Of a stretch of 32,000 nucleotides of DNA, positions 17,149 through 26,825 are shown piece after piece; the stretch's first letter is position 1; every line of letters begins with the position of its first letter. The translations under genes and the position numbers were made by a program. Below the pieces are notes generated by a model. The model had not been told where the DNA came from and made no database searches. It saw only the letters and a program-made list of their open reading frames with translations. The stretch is from Idiomarina loihiensis L2TR (GTDB lineage: Bacteria > Pseudomonadota > Gammaproteobacteria > Enterobacterales > Alteromonadaceae), in assembly GCF_000008465.1 (NCBI RefSeq), contig NC_006512.1, forward strand, positions 780,001 through 812,000, written 5' to 3'.

Positions 17149-18858
17149 ATGGCTAAATTAAATATTATTGCATCCGCGGCGCTCGCATTTTCCTGCGCGG
17201 CAACAACCTTACCCAGTAATGCCAGTGACCGTATTACCGGACACCACTTTGCTACCCGCTCAGAAGCGATGGCACCAACGGCAATGGCCGCAACAAGTCA
17301 GCCATTAGCCACGCAAGTTGCATTAGATATTATGCAGGATGGCGGCAATGCAATAGATGCCGCTATTGCAGCTAATGCGGTATTAGGTCTGGTTGAGCCA
17401 ACCGGAAACGGCATTGGTGGTGACCTCTACGCCATTGTCTGGGATGCTGAAACTAAGAAACTTCATGGTCTCAATGCCTCTGGCCGTTCCCCGCAAAGCT
17501 TAACGCTCGACTATTTTAAAGAAAACGGATACGAGTCAATTCCGGCTCGCGGTGTACTTCCCTTATCCGTACCTGGGGCGGTAGATGGCTGGTTTGAGTT
17601 GCACGACCGCTTCGGTGAGTTAAGCATGGAGAAAATATTGCAGCCAGCTATTAACTATGCTGAATCCGGTTTTCCGGTTACTGAAGTTATCGCTTATTAC
17701 ATGAAGCGTAACGCCGAAGTACTAAAAGATATCCCCGGCTTTGCCGACGTCTTTATGCGTGACGGCAATGTTCCGGAGAAAGGCGAACGTTTTAAAAACC
17801 CCGACCTTGCCAATACATACAAAATATTGGCAAATGAGGGTCGCGACAGCTTTTACAAAGGGAAGATAGCCCGTACTATCAGCGACTTTGTCGAAAAGCA
17901 CGACGGTTTTCTCTCATATGATGATTTAGCGCAACATAGCTCTACCTGGGTTGATCCCGTATCCACTAACTATCGCGGCTACGACTTATGGGAATTACCA
18001 CCCAATACACAGGGCATAGCAGCACTGCAGATTCTGAATATACTTGAGCAATTTGATATCAAAGCCATGGGTCACGATAGCCCCGAGTACATTCATCATT
18101 TTGTAGAGGCCAAAAAGCTGGCGTTTGAAGACCGTGCTAAATACTATTCGGATCCGGCGTTCAATGACGTACCGGTTCAGGGTCTTATCGACAAAGAGTA
18201 CGGCAAAAAACGGGCGCAGCTAATTAACTCTGAACGCGCCGGACGCTCCTTTGAGCCGGGTAACCCGCCAACAGAGGGCGACACTATTTATCTGACCACT
18301 GCCGATAAAGATGGCAATATGGTGTCACTAATTCAAAGTAACTATCGCGGTATGGGTTCAGGCGTTACTCCAACCGGTTTAGGTTTCGTTCTGCAAAACC
18401 GGGGCGAGCTCTTTGCGTTAGACCCAAACCACCGTAACGTATTTGAACCAGGTAAACGCCCTTTCCACACCATTATCCCTGCTTTCGTCACTAAGGACGG
18501 TAAGCCGCTTATGAGCTACGGAGTTATGGGAGGAGCTACGCAGCCACAAATGCACGCACAAATTCTTATCAACCTCATTGATTTTGATATGAACTTGCAA
18601 GAAGCCGGTGACGCGCCGCGTATTCTGCATACAGGCTCAAGTCAGCCAACAGGATCGATAATGGAAGATGGTGGCGTTGTTAGTCTGGAAAATGGTTTCT
18701 CAAAAAACACTCGCCGTGAATTAATAAAAATGGGGCACACACTACAGGAAGCCCTGGGACCCTACGGTGGCTATCAGGCTATCTGGAAAGACCATGAACA
18801 AGATGTCTATATTGGTGCTTCTGAAAGCCGTAAGGATGGGCACGCCGCTGGTTATTAA
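17149..18858 (+). CDS. ggt: Gamma-glutamyltranspeptidase-family Ntn hydrolase (secreted)
   Basis: 569 aa with an N-terminal signal peptide (MAKLNIIASAALAFSCAATTLPSNA). GGT-family blocks are present (GGNAIDAAIA, GIGGD, the putative autoprocessing site region GDTIYLTTADKDGN, and MGGATQPQ). Confidence 0.88.
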   Translation: MAKLNIIASAALAFSCAATTLPSNASDRITGHHFATRSEAMAPTAMAATSQPLATQVALDIMQDGGNAIDAAIAANAVLGLVEPTGNGIGGDLYAIVWDAETKKLHGLNASGRSPQSLTLDYFKENGYESIPARGVLPLSVPGAVDGWFELHDRFGELSMEKILQPAINYAESGFPVTEVIAYYMKRNAEVLKDIPGFADVFMRDGNVPEKGERFKNPDLANTYKILANEGRDSFYKGKIARTISDFVEKHDGFLSYDDLAQHSSTWVDPVSTNYRGYDLWELPPNTQGIAALQILNILEQFDIKAMGHDSPEYIHHFVEAKKLAFEDRAKYYSDPAFNDVPVQGLIDKEYGKKRAQLINSERAGRSFEPGNPPTEGDTIYLTTADKDGNMVSLIQSNYRGMGSGVTPTGLGFVLQNRGELFALDPNHRNVFEPGKRPFHTIIPAFVTKDGKPLMSYGVMGGATQPQMHAQILINLIDFDMNLQEAGDAPRILHTGSSQPTGSIMEDGGVVSLENGFSKNTRRELIKMGHTLQEALGPYGGYQAIWKDHEQDVYIGASESRKDGHAAGY

Positions 18859-18865
18859 GAATAAT

Positions 18866-18906
18866 AGCCGTCTCGTCTCAGCGCAGGCGAGACGGCTTTA
18901 TCTTTT
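18866..18906. terminator. Bidirectional terminator between convergent ggt and rssA
   Basis: AGCCGTCTCG-(12 nt)-CGAGACGGCT (10-bp stem at 18866-18875 and 18888-18897) followed by TTATCTTTT on the plus strand. The loop is rather long. Confidence 0.7.
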
Positions 18907-18925
18907 CAACTCAGAGAAAATCTGA

Positions 18926-19903
18926 CTAACCTCTGCGCTCACGATAAAGTTCAATTTCTTCCATAATCAAGTCACGCATTCTGGTGGTTGTATCGTAACC
19001 CAGATCAATGGCTTCCTGACCCCGATAAAACTCCATAATACCGATATGGCCAAGCTTAGGCTGCACTAAAATATCCGGCGGATCACCCGCCATACGGGCC
19101 TTAGTAATACGCTCCTGCATAATGTCTATGGAGCTTGCCATAACACTGAACATCCCCGGCGCTTTTTCACCATTATTTCTAAAGCGTTCTTTAAAACTGT
19201 CCAGATACTCTTTACTGCCTGACCAAAGGCTGTCAAAAAAGCCGTTATCATCCTCTCCGTGCTCTTCCATATCAGCTTTTTCTTTTTCAACCTGCTCGGT
19301 TTCCGTCTGAGGTGGGATGCTTCGCCCTCTGCGTTTCAACGCTTTTGAATTTAATTGCGAATTAAGATGCACAGCAATAACAATATCTGCCCCCAAAGCT
19401 CGGCACAACGACACCGGCACTGGGTTCACCAAGCCTCCGTCTATTAGCCAGCGTCCGTCAAGAGACTTCGGTGACAACACGCCCGGCATGGCACAAGATG
19501 CTCTGGAAACATCATAAAGGTCGCCCTTACGTAACCAAATTTCGCGACCGCTGTATAAATCGGTCGCAACGGCACCATAAGTAACAGGCAAATCTTCTAT
19601 ATTGCGTTGACCAAATTCTTCCCGCGCGCGGTTAAAGACTTTTTCTCCACCAATAATGCCGCCATGGTTAAAACCAAAATCCAGCAAATTAAACACTTCC
19701 CAACGGTTCATGCCCTGAACCCATTGCTCTACTTCGGCCAATCGTCCGGACGCATAGCCGGCTCCTACTAACGAGCCAATTGATGTACCGGCCACCATAT
19801 TGATGCGCACGCCCATCTCTTCCAATGCCTTAATGACACCAATGTGCGCCCATCCTCTTGCCGCTCCAGAGCCCAGAGCTAAAGCGACTTTCACTTCAGA
19901 CAT
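18926..19903 (-). CDS. rssA: Patatin-like phospholipase, RssA-type
   Basis: 325 aa with the oxyanion motif GSGAARG, the nucleophile elbow GTSIG and the catalytic DGG (WLIDGGLVNPVP). It is colinear with E. coli RssA over its whole length, including C-terminal RMAGDPPDILVQP. Confidence 0.88.
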   Translation of the reverse strand: MSEVKVALALGSGAARGWAHIGVIKALEEMGVRINMVAGTSIGSLVGAGYASGRLAEVEQWVQGMNRWEVFNLLDFGFNHGGIIGGEKVFNRAREEFGQRNIEDLPVTYGAVATDLYSGREIWLRKGDLYDVSRASCAMPGVLSPKSLDGRWLIDGGLVNPVPVSLCRALGADIVIAVHLNSQLNSKALKRRGRSIPPQTETEQVEKEKADMEEHGEDDNGFFDSLWSGSKEYLDSFKERFRNNGEKAPGMFSVMASSIDIMQERITKARMAGDPPDILVQPKLGHIGIMEFYRGQEAIDLGYDTTTRMRDLIMEEIELYRERRG

Positions 19904-19983
19904 GTGCTGTTTCCTACTTTTCTTAATAATGTATCTATCGTACTATGATTACTCATTCGTCAACAACATCACTGAGCAGTTAG

Positions 19984-21306
19984 ATGATTTGGACAGAACG
20001 TCAGTCAGGTACATCAGAACAGCGCCCTAACGATACCCGCACAAACTTTCAACGGGACAAAGCCCGAATTCTTCACAGTGCGGCATTCAGACGGCTGCAG
20101 GCAAAAACTCAGGTTATGTATGTTGGTATGCACGACTTCCCCCGTACACGATTGACCCATTCGCTGGAAGCCAGTCAAATTGGTGCCAGCCTGGTAGTTC
20201 ATTTAAGTAACCGGCATCCGGCACTGGCTGAGCAACTGGAGCTGTCAGAGCCTTTGCTCGAGTCTTTATGTCTGGCTCACGACATAGGCCATCCGCCATT
20301 TGGCCACGGTGGCGAAATTGCTCTTAATTATATGATGCGCAATAACGGCGGGTTTGAAGGTAACGGCCAAACATTTCGTATTGTCACCCAGCTTGAAGCT
20401 TACACGCCTGAGCATGGCATGAGCTTAACCAGAAGAACTCTGCTGGGGCTGTTAAAGTACCCGGTATTAGCGAGCGCAATCCGAAGGCAAGAACTTCCCC
20501 CTGAGGTAACAAACTTTCGTCATTTGCCCACCCGCGAATGGCTACCACCAAAAGCCTTGTATGACGACGACTCAGAGCAGCTAGACTGGGTACTTCAGCC
20601 GCTAAGCACTAACGATAAGAAAAATTTTCAGGCATTAGTGCACGAAGCGACACAAAGTACCCACGGAAAAAGCGCCCTTAAAAGTATTGATGCGTCCATT
20701 ATGGAAGCCGCAGACGATATCGCATACGGCGTTCACGATCTTGAGGACGCCATTGTTGTCGGCCTGATCCAGCGGCATCACTGGGAAGAACACATGTTCT
20801 TCGATTTACAGCAGCTTGAAGCAGAGCTTTCCGACTTTAACGCCCGAAAGTTAACCGAAGATCTTTTTTCTGGCAGCCATCACCTCCGCAAGCAGGCAAT
20901 AGGAGGGTTAGTTAACCGACTGCTTACCTCAGCAAGACTGAACTCTACTGAATACAATTTTGACTGCCCTTTGCTGCAATATGAAGTTCAGTTAGGAGCT
21001 GCCGAAAAAATTCTGCTGAACTCGTTAAAGCAATTTATTTTTAAATGGGTGATTCGAAAGCCTGAAATGCAGGCACAGGAGTTTAAAGGCCAACAGATTG
21101 TTATGGAACTGTTTGAGGTTTTAGCCGTAGAGCCGGAACGTTTATTGCCTGAAAATACCCGTTTGCGTTATCTGCAACAGCAACAAAAAGGAGGGAATGC
21201 TCTGCGCGTAATTTCTGATTACCTTTCCGGCATGACTGACGGGTATGCCGCTAAACTTTATCAGGAGCTGTTCTCAGTCAGCTCACCCAAAAGTGCGTTT
21301 CAGTAA
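19984..21306 (+). CDS. dgt: dGTP triphosphohydrolase-like HD-domain protein (type-2 dGTPase subfamily)
   Basis: 440 aa. It has the N-terminal block FQRDKARILHSAAFRRLQAKTQV, the HD motif AHDIGHPPFGHGGE and the second metal motif AADDIAYGVHDLEDA. Confidence 0.88.
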   Translation: MIWTERQSGTSEQRPNDTRTNFQRDKARILHSAAFRRLQAKTQVMYVGMHDFPRTRLTHSLEASQIGASLVVHLSNRHPALAEQLELSEPLLESLCLAHDIGHPPFGHGGEIALNYMMRNNGGFEGNGQTFRIVTQLEAYTPEHGMSLTRRTLLGLLKYPVLASAIRRQELPPEVTNFRHLPTREWLPPKALYDDDSEQLDWVLQPLSTNDKKNFQALVHEATQSTHGKSALKSIDASIMEAADDIAYGVHDLEDAIVVGLIQRHHWEEHMFFDLQQLEAELSDFNARKLTEDLFSGSHHLRKQAIGGLVNRLLTSARLNSTEYNFDCPLLQYEVQLGAAEKILLNSLKQFIFKWVIRKPEMQAQEFKGQQIVMELFEVLAVEPERLLPENTRLRYLQQQQKGGNALRVISDYLSGMTDGYAAKLYQELFSVSSPKSAFQ

Positions 21307-21318
21307 TTTTTACTTATA

Positions 21319-21350
21319 AAAAAACCGGAGCAATAAGCTCCGGCTTGTTA
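21319..21350. terminator. Bidirectional terminator between convergent dgt-like gene and recA
   Basis: CCGGAGC-aataa-GCTCCGG at 21325-21343. The minus-strand reading is followed by TTTTTTTATAA, which is strong for recA. The plus-strand reading is followed by CTTGTTATT, which is weaker. Confidence 0.85.
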
Positions 21351-21368
21351 TTCCGAAAAACAAATCAG

Positions 21369-22487
21369 TTATGACAAACTGATATCATCTTTCTCATTAC
21401 CTTTCTTTTCTGTTTTCTTATCTGCTTTAGCTTCGCTTTTCGCGTCTTCTTTCGCAGCAGCGCGCTCAGCTTCACGAATTTCTTTTGTTCTCTTTTCTGG
21501 TTTTGACAACAACAGTTCGCGAATACGACCTTCTAATTCATCGGCAATTTTAGGGTTGTCCTGCAAAAACTTCATTGAGTTAGCTTTACCCTGACCAATT
21601 TTGTCGCCGTTATAACTGTACCAGGCACCGGCTTTATCAACCATTTTGTGCTTAACACCCAGGTCAATAAGCTCACCTTCTTTAGAAATACCTTTGCCGT
21701 ATAAAATTTGGAAGTGCGCTTCTTTAAACGGAGGAGCCACCTTGTTTTTAACCACTTTCACGCGGGTTTCGTTACCCACAACTTCGTCACCTTCTTTCAA
21801 TGCACCGGTACGGCGAATATCCAGACGAACAGAAGAGTAAAACTTCAGGGCGTTACCACCCGTGGTAGTTTCAGGGTTACCAAACATCACACCAATTTTC
21901 ATCCGAATTTGGTTGATGAAAATACACATGGTGTTGGACTTCTTAATGTTCGACGTTAATTTACGCAGGGCTTGTGACATTAAACGAGCCTGCAAGCCAA
22001 CATGGCTATCGCCCATTTCGCCTTCAATTTCCGCTTTTGGTGTCAGCGCTGCTACCGAGTCAACAATCACAATATCGACTGCGCCGGAACGAACCAGCAT
22101 GTCACAAATTTCTAAAGCCTGCTCACCGGTATCTGGTTGCGATATTAATAAGTCATCAACGTTAACACCTAAAGCTTCGGCATAAATAGGGTCTAACGCG
22201 TGCTCAGCATCTACGAAGGCACAGGTCTTACCCATTTTTTGCGCTTCGGCAATCACTTCCAGAGTCATAGTCGTTTTACCACTGGACTCAGGACCGTAAA
22301 TTTCTACAACCCGCCCAAAAGGCAAGCCACCAATACCAAGAGCAATATCCAGCCCTAACGAACCGGTTGAAACAGAATCGATATCCAGAGTCTGGTTATC
22401 ACCCAGACGCATGATAGAACCTTTACCAAATTGACGTTCGATTTGTCCGAGCGCTGCATCTAACGCCTTTTGACGATCATTGCTCAT
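21369..22487 (-). CDS. recA: Recombinase RecA
   Basis: 372 aa with Walker [10 protein letters not shown]. It is near-identical to E. coli RecA through the core. The C-terminal tail is unusually long (see findings). Confidence 0.97.
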
Positions 22488-22522
22488 TATAAGCTCCGTT
22501 ATTAATCACTGGTTTTATAAAC

Positions 22523-22550
22523 AGTATACTGTACACATTTACAGTATCAA
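22523..22550 (-). promoter_or_regulatory. recA promoter with embedded LexA (SOS) box
   Basis: The minus strand reads TTGATA-(16 nt)-TATACT, and the spacer contains TACTGTaaatgtgtACAGTA (22527-22546). This is a perfect CTGT-N8-ACAG SOS box with the same architecture as E. coli recA. It partly overlaps a second palindrome, ACAGTATACTGT (22521-22532). Confidence 0.9.
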
Positions 22551-22586
22551 GCGTTGTTCTTATTTTTTCATTAAAACAAAAGTAAG

Positions 22587-23093
22587 TTATTGTAATTCAA
22601 TTAGATTTATAAGTTTATCCAGAACTGCATCTAAGGTTTGTAAACGCACCTGAGTGCGGTCACCTGCAAATTGTTCAGACCAGCACCAACAGCTTTCACT
22701 ATTTGCTATTGCCATCCACACCAAACCCACTGGTTTATCCGCTGTACCGCCTGCGGGGCCTGCAACACCACTCACAGCGATACCCCAATCGGCATCACAT
22801 GCCGCTATGGCTCCAACGGCCATTTGCCGAACACAGGCTTCAGAAACTGCACCATGCTTTTCCAGTACGTCAGACTCAACCAGCAGCAACTTTTGCTTAA
22901 GGGCATTAGTATAGGTGATTAATCCACCATTAAACCAAGCAGAACTTCCCGCAACTTCGGTAATAGCGTATCCTATCCCTCCTCCGGTACAAGATTCTGC
23001 GGTGCATAATGTCTGCTGCTTCTGCTGTAGGCTTCCGCCCACTTGTTCCGCGAGTTTAAAGGTTTGCGGCGCGATTGCCGTGGTTGCTAACAT
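22587..23093 (-). CDS. pncC: Nicotinamide-nucleotide amidohydrolase (CinA C-terminal domain only)
   Basis: 168 aa with TAESCTGG and GSSAWF motifs. It is colinear with E. coli PncC/YgaD and sits upstream of recA, as in E. coli. Confidence 0.9.
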   Translation of the reverse strand: MLATTAIAPQTFKLAEQVGGSLQQKQQTLCTAESCTGGGIGYAITEVAGSSAWFNGGLITYTNALKQKLLLVESDVLEKHGAVSEACVRQMAVGAIAACDADWGIAVSGVAGPAGGTADKPVGLVWMAIANSESCWCWSEQFAGDRTQVRLQTLDAVLDKLINLIELQ

Positions 23094-23123
23094 AACACTG
23101 GCTCCAGATAAGAATAATCAATT

Positions 23124-25739
23124 ATGCCTGAATTCTCTGATAAACAGATCCAATCACATACCCCAATGATGCAGCAATACCTACGGATAAAAGCGGAGCA
23201 TGCTGACATGCTTTTATTCTATCGTATGGGGGACTTTTACGAACTGTTTTTTGAAGACGCGAAACGCTCAGCCCAACTGTTAGATATCTCCCTCACAGCG
23301 CGGGGTCAGAGTAATGGTGAACCTATTCCAATGGCAGGTGTTCCCTATCACGCAGTAGAAAACTATCTGGCGCGCCTGGTCAATATGGGCGAATCCGTTG
23401 CCATCTGCGAACAAATTGGCGATCCGGCAACCAGCAAAGGTCCGGTTGAAAGAAAAGTCGTGCGTATTGTCACGCCGGGAACCGTCACTGACGAGTCGCT
23501 GTTAGCGGAAAAAAGGCAAAATCTGTTAGTTGCGATTTGTCCGCTGAATCCAAAACAGCCGGAAGCGGAATACGCAATATCCAGTCTGGAGCTAAGTAGC
23601 GGCCGTTTCTGGCTAACCAAAGCTCATTCCAGTGAACAACTGGCTGCAGAAATGCAGCGTTTAGAGCCAGCCGAATTGCTCTATCCTGAGTCTATTTCCT
23701 TGGCCGGACTACCTTTAGCAAAAGCGAAATGCAAACGCCGACCGGCCTGGGAGTTTGAACAACAAACCGCTTTTATGCTGCTTACTCGCCAGTTTGGCAC
23801 TCAGCATTTAGAAGGCTTCGGTATCAAAAATAATGAGCCTACCCTGGCAGCCGCCGGTGCTATTCTGCATTATGTAAAAGAAACTCAACGCGCCGCCCTG
23901 CCTCACATTCAGGCGCTAATAACGGAACATCCGCAAGACGCTATTATTCTCGACGCAGCAACACGCAGAAACCTTGAGCTGCAGCAAAGCATGGGCGAAG
24001 GCGATACACACCTTTCAGCTGTACTGGACAAAACCGTTTCAGCTATGGGAAGCCGCCAGTTCCAGCGTTGGCTGCAGCGCCCTATTCGGAACCATCAGGA
24101 ACTTAACCAGCGTTATGATGCTGTCGACGCATTAAAAGAAAATCTGAATTTTGAAAATATACAGCTAACATTAAAACAGTTAGCCGATATTGAACGTATT
24201 GTTGCCCGTGTGGGCTTACGAAGCGCGCGTCCGAAAGACTTTGCACGCTTGCGCGACAGCCTGGCTAAAATACCGGAAGTCAGAGCGTCTTTATCTCACC
24301 GTTCGCTGAGTTATCTGCACGACATTATTGAACCCTTTCCAGAAGTGGTCGACTTGCTGACTAAAGCCGTTATTGAGCAGCCACCTTTATTGATTCGCGA
24401 CGGCGGTGTTATTGCCGAAGGATACGACAAGGAACTCGATGAATTGCGCGATCTTGCAACGGGTGCTACCGACTACCTGAAACAACTGGAGCAGCGTGAA
24501 CGTGAGAGAAGTGGTATCGCCACATTAAAAGTTGGCTATAACAGAGTTCACGGCTACTTTATTGAGGTCAGCCGGCAGTCGTCAGAAGCGGTACCCGATG
24601 ACTATCAGCGTCGCCAGACACTAAAAAATACAGAGCGCTATATTATTCCAGAGTTAAAGGAGCACGAAGACAAAGTTCTGAATGCTCAGGCGCGTTCTCT
24701 GGCCAGAGAAAAATGGCTTTACGACCAACTCTTTGAGCACTTACTGCCGCAGGTGACTGCATTGCAAAAAAGTGCTTCGGGTCTGGCTCAACTCGATACC
24801 TTGTGCTGTTTTGCACGGCTGGCTGACAATTATCGTTATTGCCGCCCGCAACTGCAAAAGGAAACCAGCTTAATTGAACTGGAAGCTGCCCGTCATCCGG
24901 TTATTGAACAACTGAGCGATGAGCCTTTTATTGCTAACCCCATGTCGCTGACGCCGCAGCAGCGCATGCTGATGATAACCGGCCCTAACATGGGTGGTAA
25001 ATCGACTTACATGCGACAAGCCGCGTTAATCGTTATTTTGGCGCACATGGGCTGCTACGTACCGGCTGATAAGGCAATTATTGGCGACATCGACCGTATC
25101 TTTACTCGTATTGGTGCCTCTGACGATTTAGCCTCAGGCCGTTCGACTTTTATGGTAGAAATGACAGAAACCGCGAACATTCTGCATAACGCCACGGCAA
25201 AAAGCCTGGTGCTTATGGATGAAATTGGTCGTGGCACTTCAACTTATGACGGTTTGTCACTGGCTTGGTCTTGTGCCGATTACCTGTCCCGACAACTCCA
25301 GTGCCTGACCTTATTCGCCACTCATTACTTTGAGTTAACGGAATTGGCAGAAGAGTTACCAGCCACGGTAAACGTGCATGTTGATGCGAAAGAGCATGGC
25401 GATACCATTGCTTTTTTACATAAAGTCAGCCCTGGAGCAGCCAGCCAGAGCTTTGGCTTGCAAGTGGCTAAACTGGCCGGGGTTCCGGAGCATGTCATTC
25501 ATAAAGCAAAACAAAAGTTGTCCGAACTGGAGCATACTCACCATGGTGGTTTAAACGAACCCAAACAAGCCACTATGGAGCTCACTCCTCCACCTGAAGC
25601 TATCCCGTCTCATACAGAAAAACGCAACCCACTGCTTGATGAGCTGGAACAACTGGACATTAATGATCTGACTCCGAAGCAGGCGCTGGATATTCTTTAC
25701 CAATGGCAACAGAAACAAAAAGGCTCAACACAAAGTTGA
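23124..25739 (+). CDS. mutS: DNA mismatch repair protein MutS
   Basis: 871 aa. The N-terminus [35 protein letters not shown] is MutS-like, and the Walker A is GPNMGGKST. Confidence 0.97.
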   Translation: MPEFSDKQIQSHTPMMQQYLRIKAEHADMLLFYRMGDFYELFFEDAKRSAQLLDISLTARGQSNGEPIPMAGVPYHAVENYLARLVNMGESVAICEQIGDPATSKGPVERKVVRIVTPGTVTDESLLAEKRQNLLVAICPLNPKQPEAEYAISSLELSSGRFWLTKAHSSEQLAAEMQRLEPAELLYPESISLAGLPLAKAKCKRRPAWEFEQQTAFMLLTRQFGTQHLEGFGIKNNEPTLAAAGAILHYVKETQRAALPHIQALITEHPQDAIILDAATRRNLELQQSMGEGDTHLSAVLDKTVSAMGSRQFQRWLQRPIRNHQELNQRYDAVDALKENLNFENIQLTLKQLADIERIVARVGLRSARPKDFARLRDSLAKIPEVRASLSHRSLSYLHDIIEPFPEVVDLLTKAVIEQPPLLIRDGGVIAEGYDKELDELRDLATGATDYLKQLEQRERERSGIATLKVGYNRVHGYFIEVSRQSSEAVPDDYQRRQTLKNTERYIIPELKEHEDKVLNAQARSLAREKWLYDQLFEHLLPQVTALQKSASGLAQLDTLCCFARLADNYRYCRPQLQKETSLIELEAARHPVIEQLSDEPFIANPMSLTPQQRMLMITGPNMGGKSTYMRQAALIVILAHMGCYVPADKAIIGDIDRIFTRIGASDDLASGRSTFMVEMTETANILHNATAKSLVLMDEIGRGTSTYDGLSLAWSCADYLSRQLQCLTLFATHYFELTELAEELPATVNVHVDAKEHGDTIAFLHKVSPGAASQSFGLQVAKLAGVPEHVIHKAKQKLSELEHTHHGGLNEPKQATMELTPPPEAIPSHTEKRNPLLDELEQLDINDLTPKQALDILYQWQQKQKGSTQS

Positions 25740-25748
25740 GCCTTTTAA
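25717..25748. terminator. Bidirectional terminator shared by convergent mutS and rpoS
   Basis: AAAAGGCTCAAC-acaaa-GTTGAGCCTTTT. The core 8-bp GC-containing stem is at 25722-25729 and 25735-25742, extendable by A:T pairs. There is a T-tract on both strands. The mutS TGA (25737-25739) lies in the descending arm. Confidence 0.8.
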
Positions 25749-25778
25749 AGCTTTAAATACTTTTAGTAACTGCTATTT

Positions 25779-26747
25779 TTACTGAGCAGTAAATAGTGAG
25801 TCTAACGTTAGGCCTTGCTGTTTTAACGAATCGCGTAATTTACGCAGAGCTTCCACTTGTATCTGCCGGACTCGCTCACGCGTAAGGCCTATTTCACGAC
25901 CAACATCCTCCAGAGTCGAAGGCTCATAGCCCATCAGCCCAAAGCGGCGAGCCAGCACCTCACGTTGTTTCTGATTTAACGACTGCAGCCATTCAGTGAT
26001 ATTCCCTTTCAGGTTTTCATCCTGCAAGACACCTTCCGGTCCGGTATCAGCATCATCGGTGAGGATATCCAACAAGGCTTTGTCGTTATCACCGCCTATA
26101 GGCGTATCTACCGAACCAATGCGTTCATTCAGACGCAACATTTTAGTGATATCACCCACGGGCTTATTGAGGCTTTTAGCAATGTCTTCGGCGGTTGGTT
26201 CGTGATCCAGTTTATGCGCAAGTTCACGGGCAGCACGAAGATACACGTTAAGCTCTTTAACGACGTGAATCGGCAGTCTAATGGTGCGCGTCTGGTTCAT
26301 AATTGCGCGCTCAATAGTTTGTCGTATCCACCAGGTAGCGTAAGTTGAGAAGCGGAACCCGCGTTCAGGGTCGAATTTTTCAACCGCCCGGATAAGGCCG
26401 AGGTTACCTTCTTCAACTAAATCTAATAAAGGCAGTCCCCGATTAGAATAGCGACGGGCAATTTTAACAACCAGCCTCAGGTTACTCTCAATCATACGAC
26501 GGCGGGCTGCCTTGTCGCCTTTTAACGCACGACGGGAATAAAAGACTTCCTCTTCAGCAGTCAGTAATGGAGAGAAACCGATTTCTCCCAGATATAGCTG
26601 CGTCGCGTCCATCTTCTTTTGATATTGAGTTGAAGACGAGGATAGCGCCTCTTCTAACTCTTCTGCTGCACTGTCCGTGCTATCTACAATAGACTCATCT
26701 TCATTAGCTTCGACGTTTTCAACTGCTTCTTCCTTTATGCGGCTCAT
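25779..26747 (-). CDS. rpoS: RNA polymerase sigma factor RpoS (sigma-38)
   Basis: 322 aa with an acidic N-terminus. Regions 2-4 are near-identical to E. coli RpoS ([46 protein letters not shown]). It lies downstream of nlpD. Confidence 0.96.
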   Translation of the reverse strand: MSRIKEEAVENVEANEDESIVDSTDSAAEELEEALSSSSTQYQKKMDATQLYLGEIGFSPLLTAEEEVFYSRRALKGDKAARRRMIESNLRLVVKIARRYSNRGLPLLDLVEEGNLGLIRAVEKFDPERGFRFSTYATWWIRQTIERAIMNQTRTIRLPIHVVKELNVYLRAARELAHKLDHEPTAEDIAKSLNKPVGDITKMLRLNERIGSVDTPIGGDNDKALLDILTDDADTGPEGVLQDENLKGNITEWLQSLNQKQREVLARRFGLMGYEPSTLEDVGREIGLTRERVRQIQVEALRKLRDSLKQQGLTLDSLFTAQ

Positions 26748-26825
26748 AACAAGCTCCTGTTATACTGAACACCGTGTTACAACACACGTCGACTTCCTTA
26801 TCTTGTTATTATTATTCCCACATGA

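Noticed and set aside
21646-22185. Cluster of four overlapping plus-strand ORFs inside recA, and a similar cluster at 22654-23169 inside pncC
   Set aside because: These are shadow ORFs opposite strongly conserved genes. Their products are compositionally odd (P/T/S/C-rich) and have no start-site signals.
25744-25757. Perfect 14-bp palindrome TTTAAAGCTTTAAA in the mutS-rpoS spacer
   Set aside because: It is entirely A/T plus AGCT and leaves no room for a loop. It is probably part of the T/A tracts flanking the shared terminator rather than a protein-binding site, and I have no supporting evidence for one.
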